Source of the DNA: Eubacteriales bacterium
GTDB taxonomy: Bacteria > Bacillota > Clostridia > Oscillospirales > CAG-272
DNA: 64,000 nt
Assembly (NCBI GenBank): GCA_045531455.1
Contig: JAZSEA010000075.1
Span: 83,878 to 147,877, forward strand
Reading direction: 5' to 3'
Under the pieces are notes generated by a model. The model worked only from the letters and a program-made list of their open reading frames with translations. It was not told where the DNA came from and made no database searches. This document shows positions 63,555 through 64,000 of the stretch, in pieces (within the stretch, counting starts at the first letter, position 1; every line of letters starts with the position of its first letter). Position numbers and translations under genes: made by a program.

Positions 63555-64000
63555 ATGGCTCTGTTTACAATCGCAGATCTTCATCTTGCCGGCCGTGAAG
63601 GCAACAAGAAATCAATGGAGATCTTCGGCAGTCGTTGGATCGGCGGAGTAGAAAAGCTGACAAAGAACTGGAATGCCATTATATCTCCCGAGGACAGCAT
63701 AATTTTACCTGGTGACTTTTCCTGGGCTATGACGCTTGAAGAAGCTACCGATGATTTTGCTTTTCTCGACTCACTACCCGGTACAAAATATATCGGCAAA
63801 GGCAACCACGACTTTTGGTGGGCAACAGCTTCAAAGATGTATAAACACTTTGAAACCAATCATTTTGATACATTAAAAATTCTCTATAATAATTCATTTG
63901 AACTTGAAAATTACGTCGTCTGCGGATCACGCGGTTGGTTTGCAGAGGAATCAAATCAGAAAACTGTCGGCGAAGTGTCTTGGCAAAGGATCACGGACAG
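63555..64000 (+). CDS. Metallophosphoesterase (Ser/Thr-phosphatase-like), 3'-truncated by window end
   Basis: Not in the ORF track because no stop is reached. AAGGAGG lies 6 nt before the ATG at 63555. My translation, MALFTIADLHLAG...ILPGDFSW...GKGNHDFWW, shows the DxH, GD and GNHD motifs. Confidence 0.8.
   Translation, partial: MALFTIADLHLAGREGNKKSMEIFGSRWIGGVEKLTKNWNAIISPEDSIILPGDFSWAMTLEEATDDFAFLDSLPGTKYIGKGNHDFWWATASKMYKHFETNHFDTLKILYNNSFELENYVVCGSRGWFAEESNQKTVGEVSWQRITD

Noticed and set aside
1-64000. Scanned for CRISPR arrays, rRNA, IS or transposase ends, long direct or inverted repeats, riboswitch-sized leaders (upstream of lysA/dapF, thrC, proBA, hisS, glmM) and defence-system genes.
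   Set aside because: - None was found by eye.
- Intergenic regions are short and are accounted for by promoters and hairpin terminators, except for the spacers reported as findings.
- A formal Rfam/Infernal and repeat search would be needed for certainty.

Overview
The window reads as a densely packed core-chromosome segment of a low-GC Gram-positive anaerobe, probably Clostridia. Supporting signs are AddAB rather than RecBCD, a class B sortase, a DUF1540 protein, AGGAGG-type ribosome-binding sites, and TTGACA-17-(TGn)TATAAT promoters in AT-rich spacers. I can support about 57 protein-coding genes, one tRNA-Thr(GGU) with its own consensus promoter and terminator, and one tmRNA (ssrA) directly downstream of smpB. 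About 15 rho-independent hairpin terminators are visible, many of them shared by convergent genes. I found no rRNA, CRISPR array, transposase, integrase or phage genes, and no long repeats. Recognisable modules:
- a citrate to 2-oxoglutarate cluster (LeuA/NifV-family putative Re-citrate synthase, aconitase, isocitrate dehydrogenase)
- queG-addB-addA
- htrA plus an OmpR-type response regulator and histidine kinase
- srtB, rlmA and a GT2 glycosyltransferase
- two secreted multidomain proteins flanking the tRNA
- a tandem CNNM/DUF21 pair
- a MurT/GatD-like pair followed by hisS and an M19 dipeptidase
- glmM plus a stand-alone GlmU-type hexapeptide acetyltransferase
- prfB, polA, dapF-lysA, tauE-proBAC and smpB-ssrA
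- apgM, then lepB-rbgA-rnhB-yraN-thrC

I did not find a convincing self-contained novel system such as a defence island, toxin module or mobile element. The most unusual item is the GatD homologue: it has no histidine anywhere, so it cannot form the Cys-His glutaminase dyad, and the paired MurT-like ligase also differs at the triad Asp position. Secondary oddities are an E2-type acyltransferase domain with the catalytic His replaced by Glu, a secreted lectin/Ig/C39-like peptidase, and a few unexplained non-coding stretches. All homology calls come from by-eye motif recognition, not from database searches. Start codons were refined from the ORF track using RBS spacing and remain uncertain where noted.
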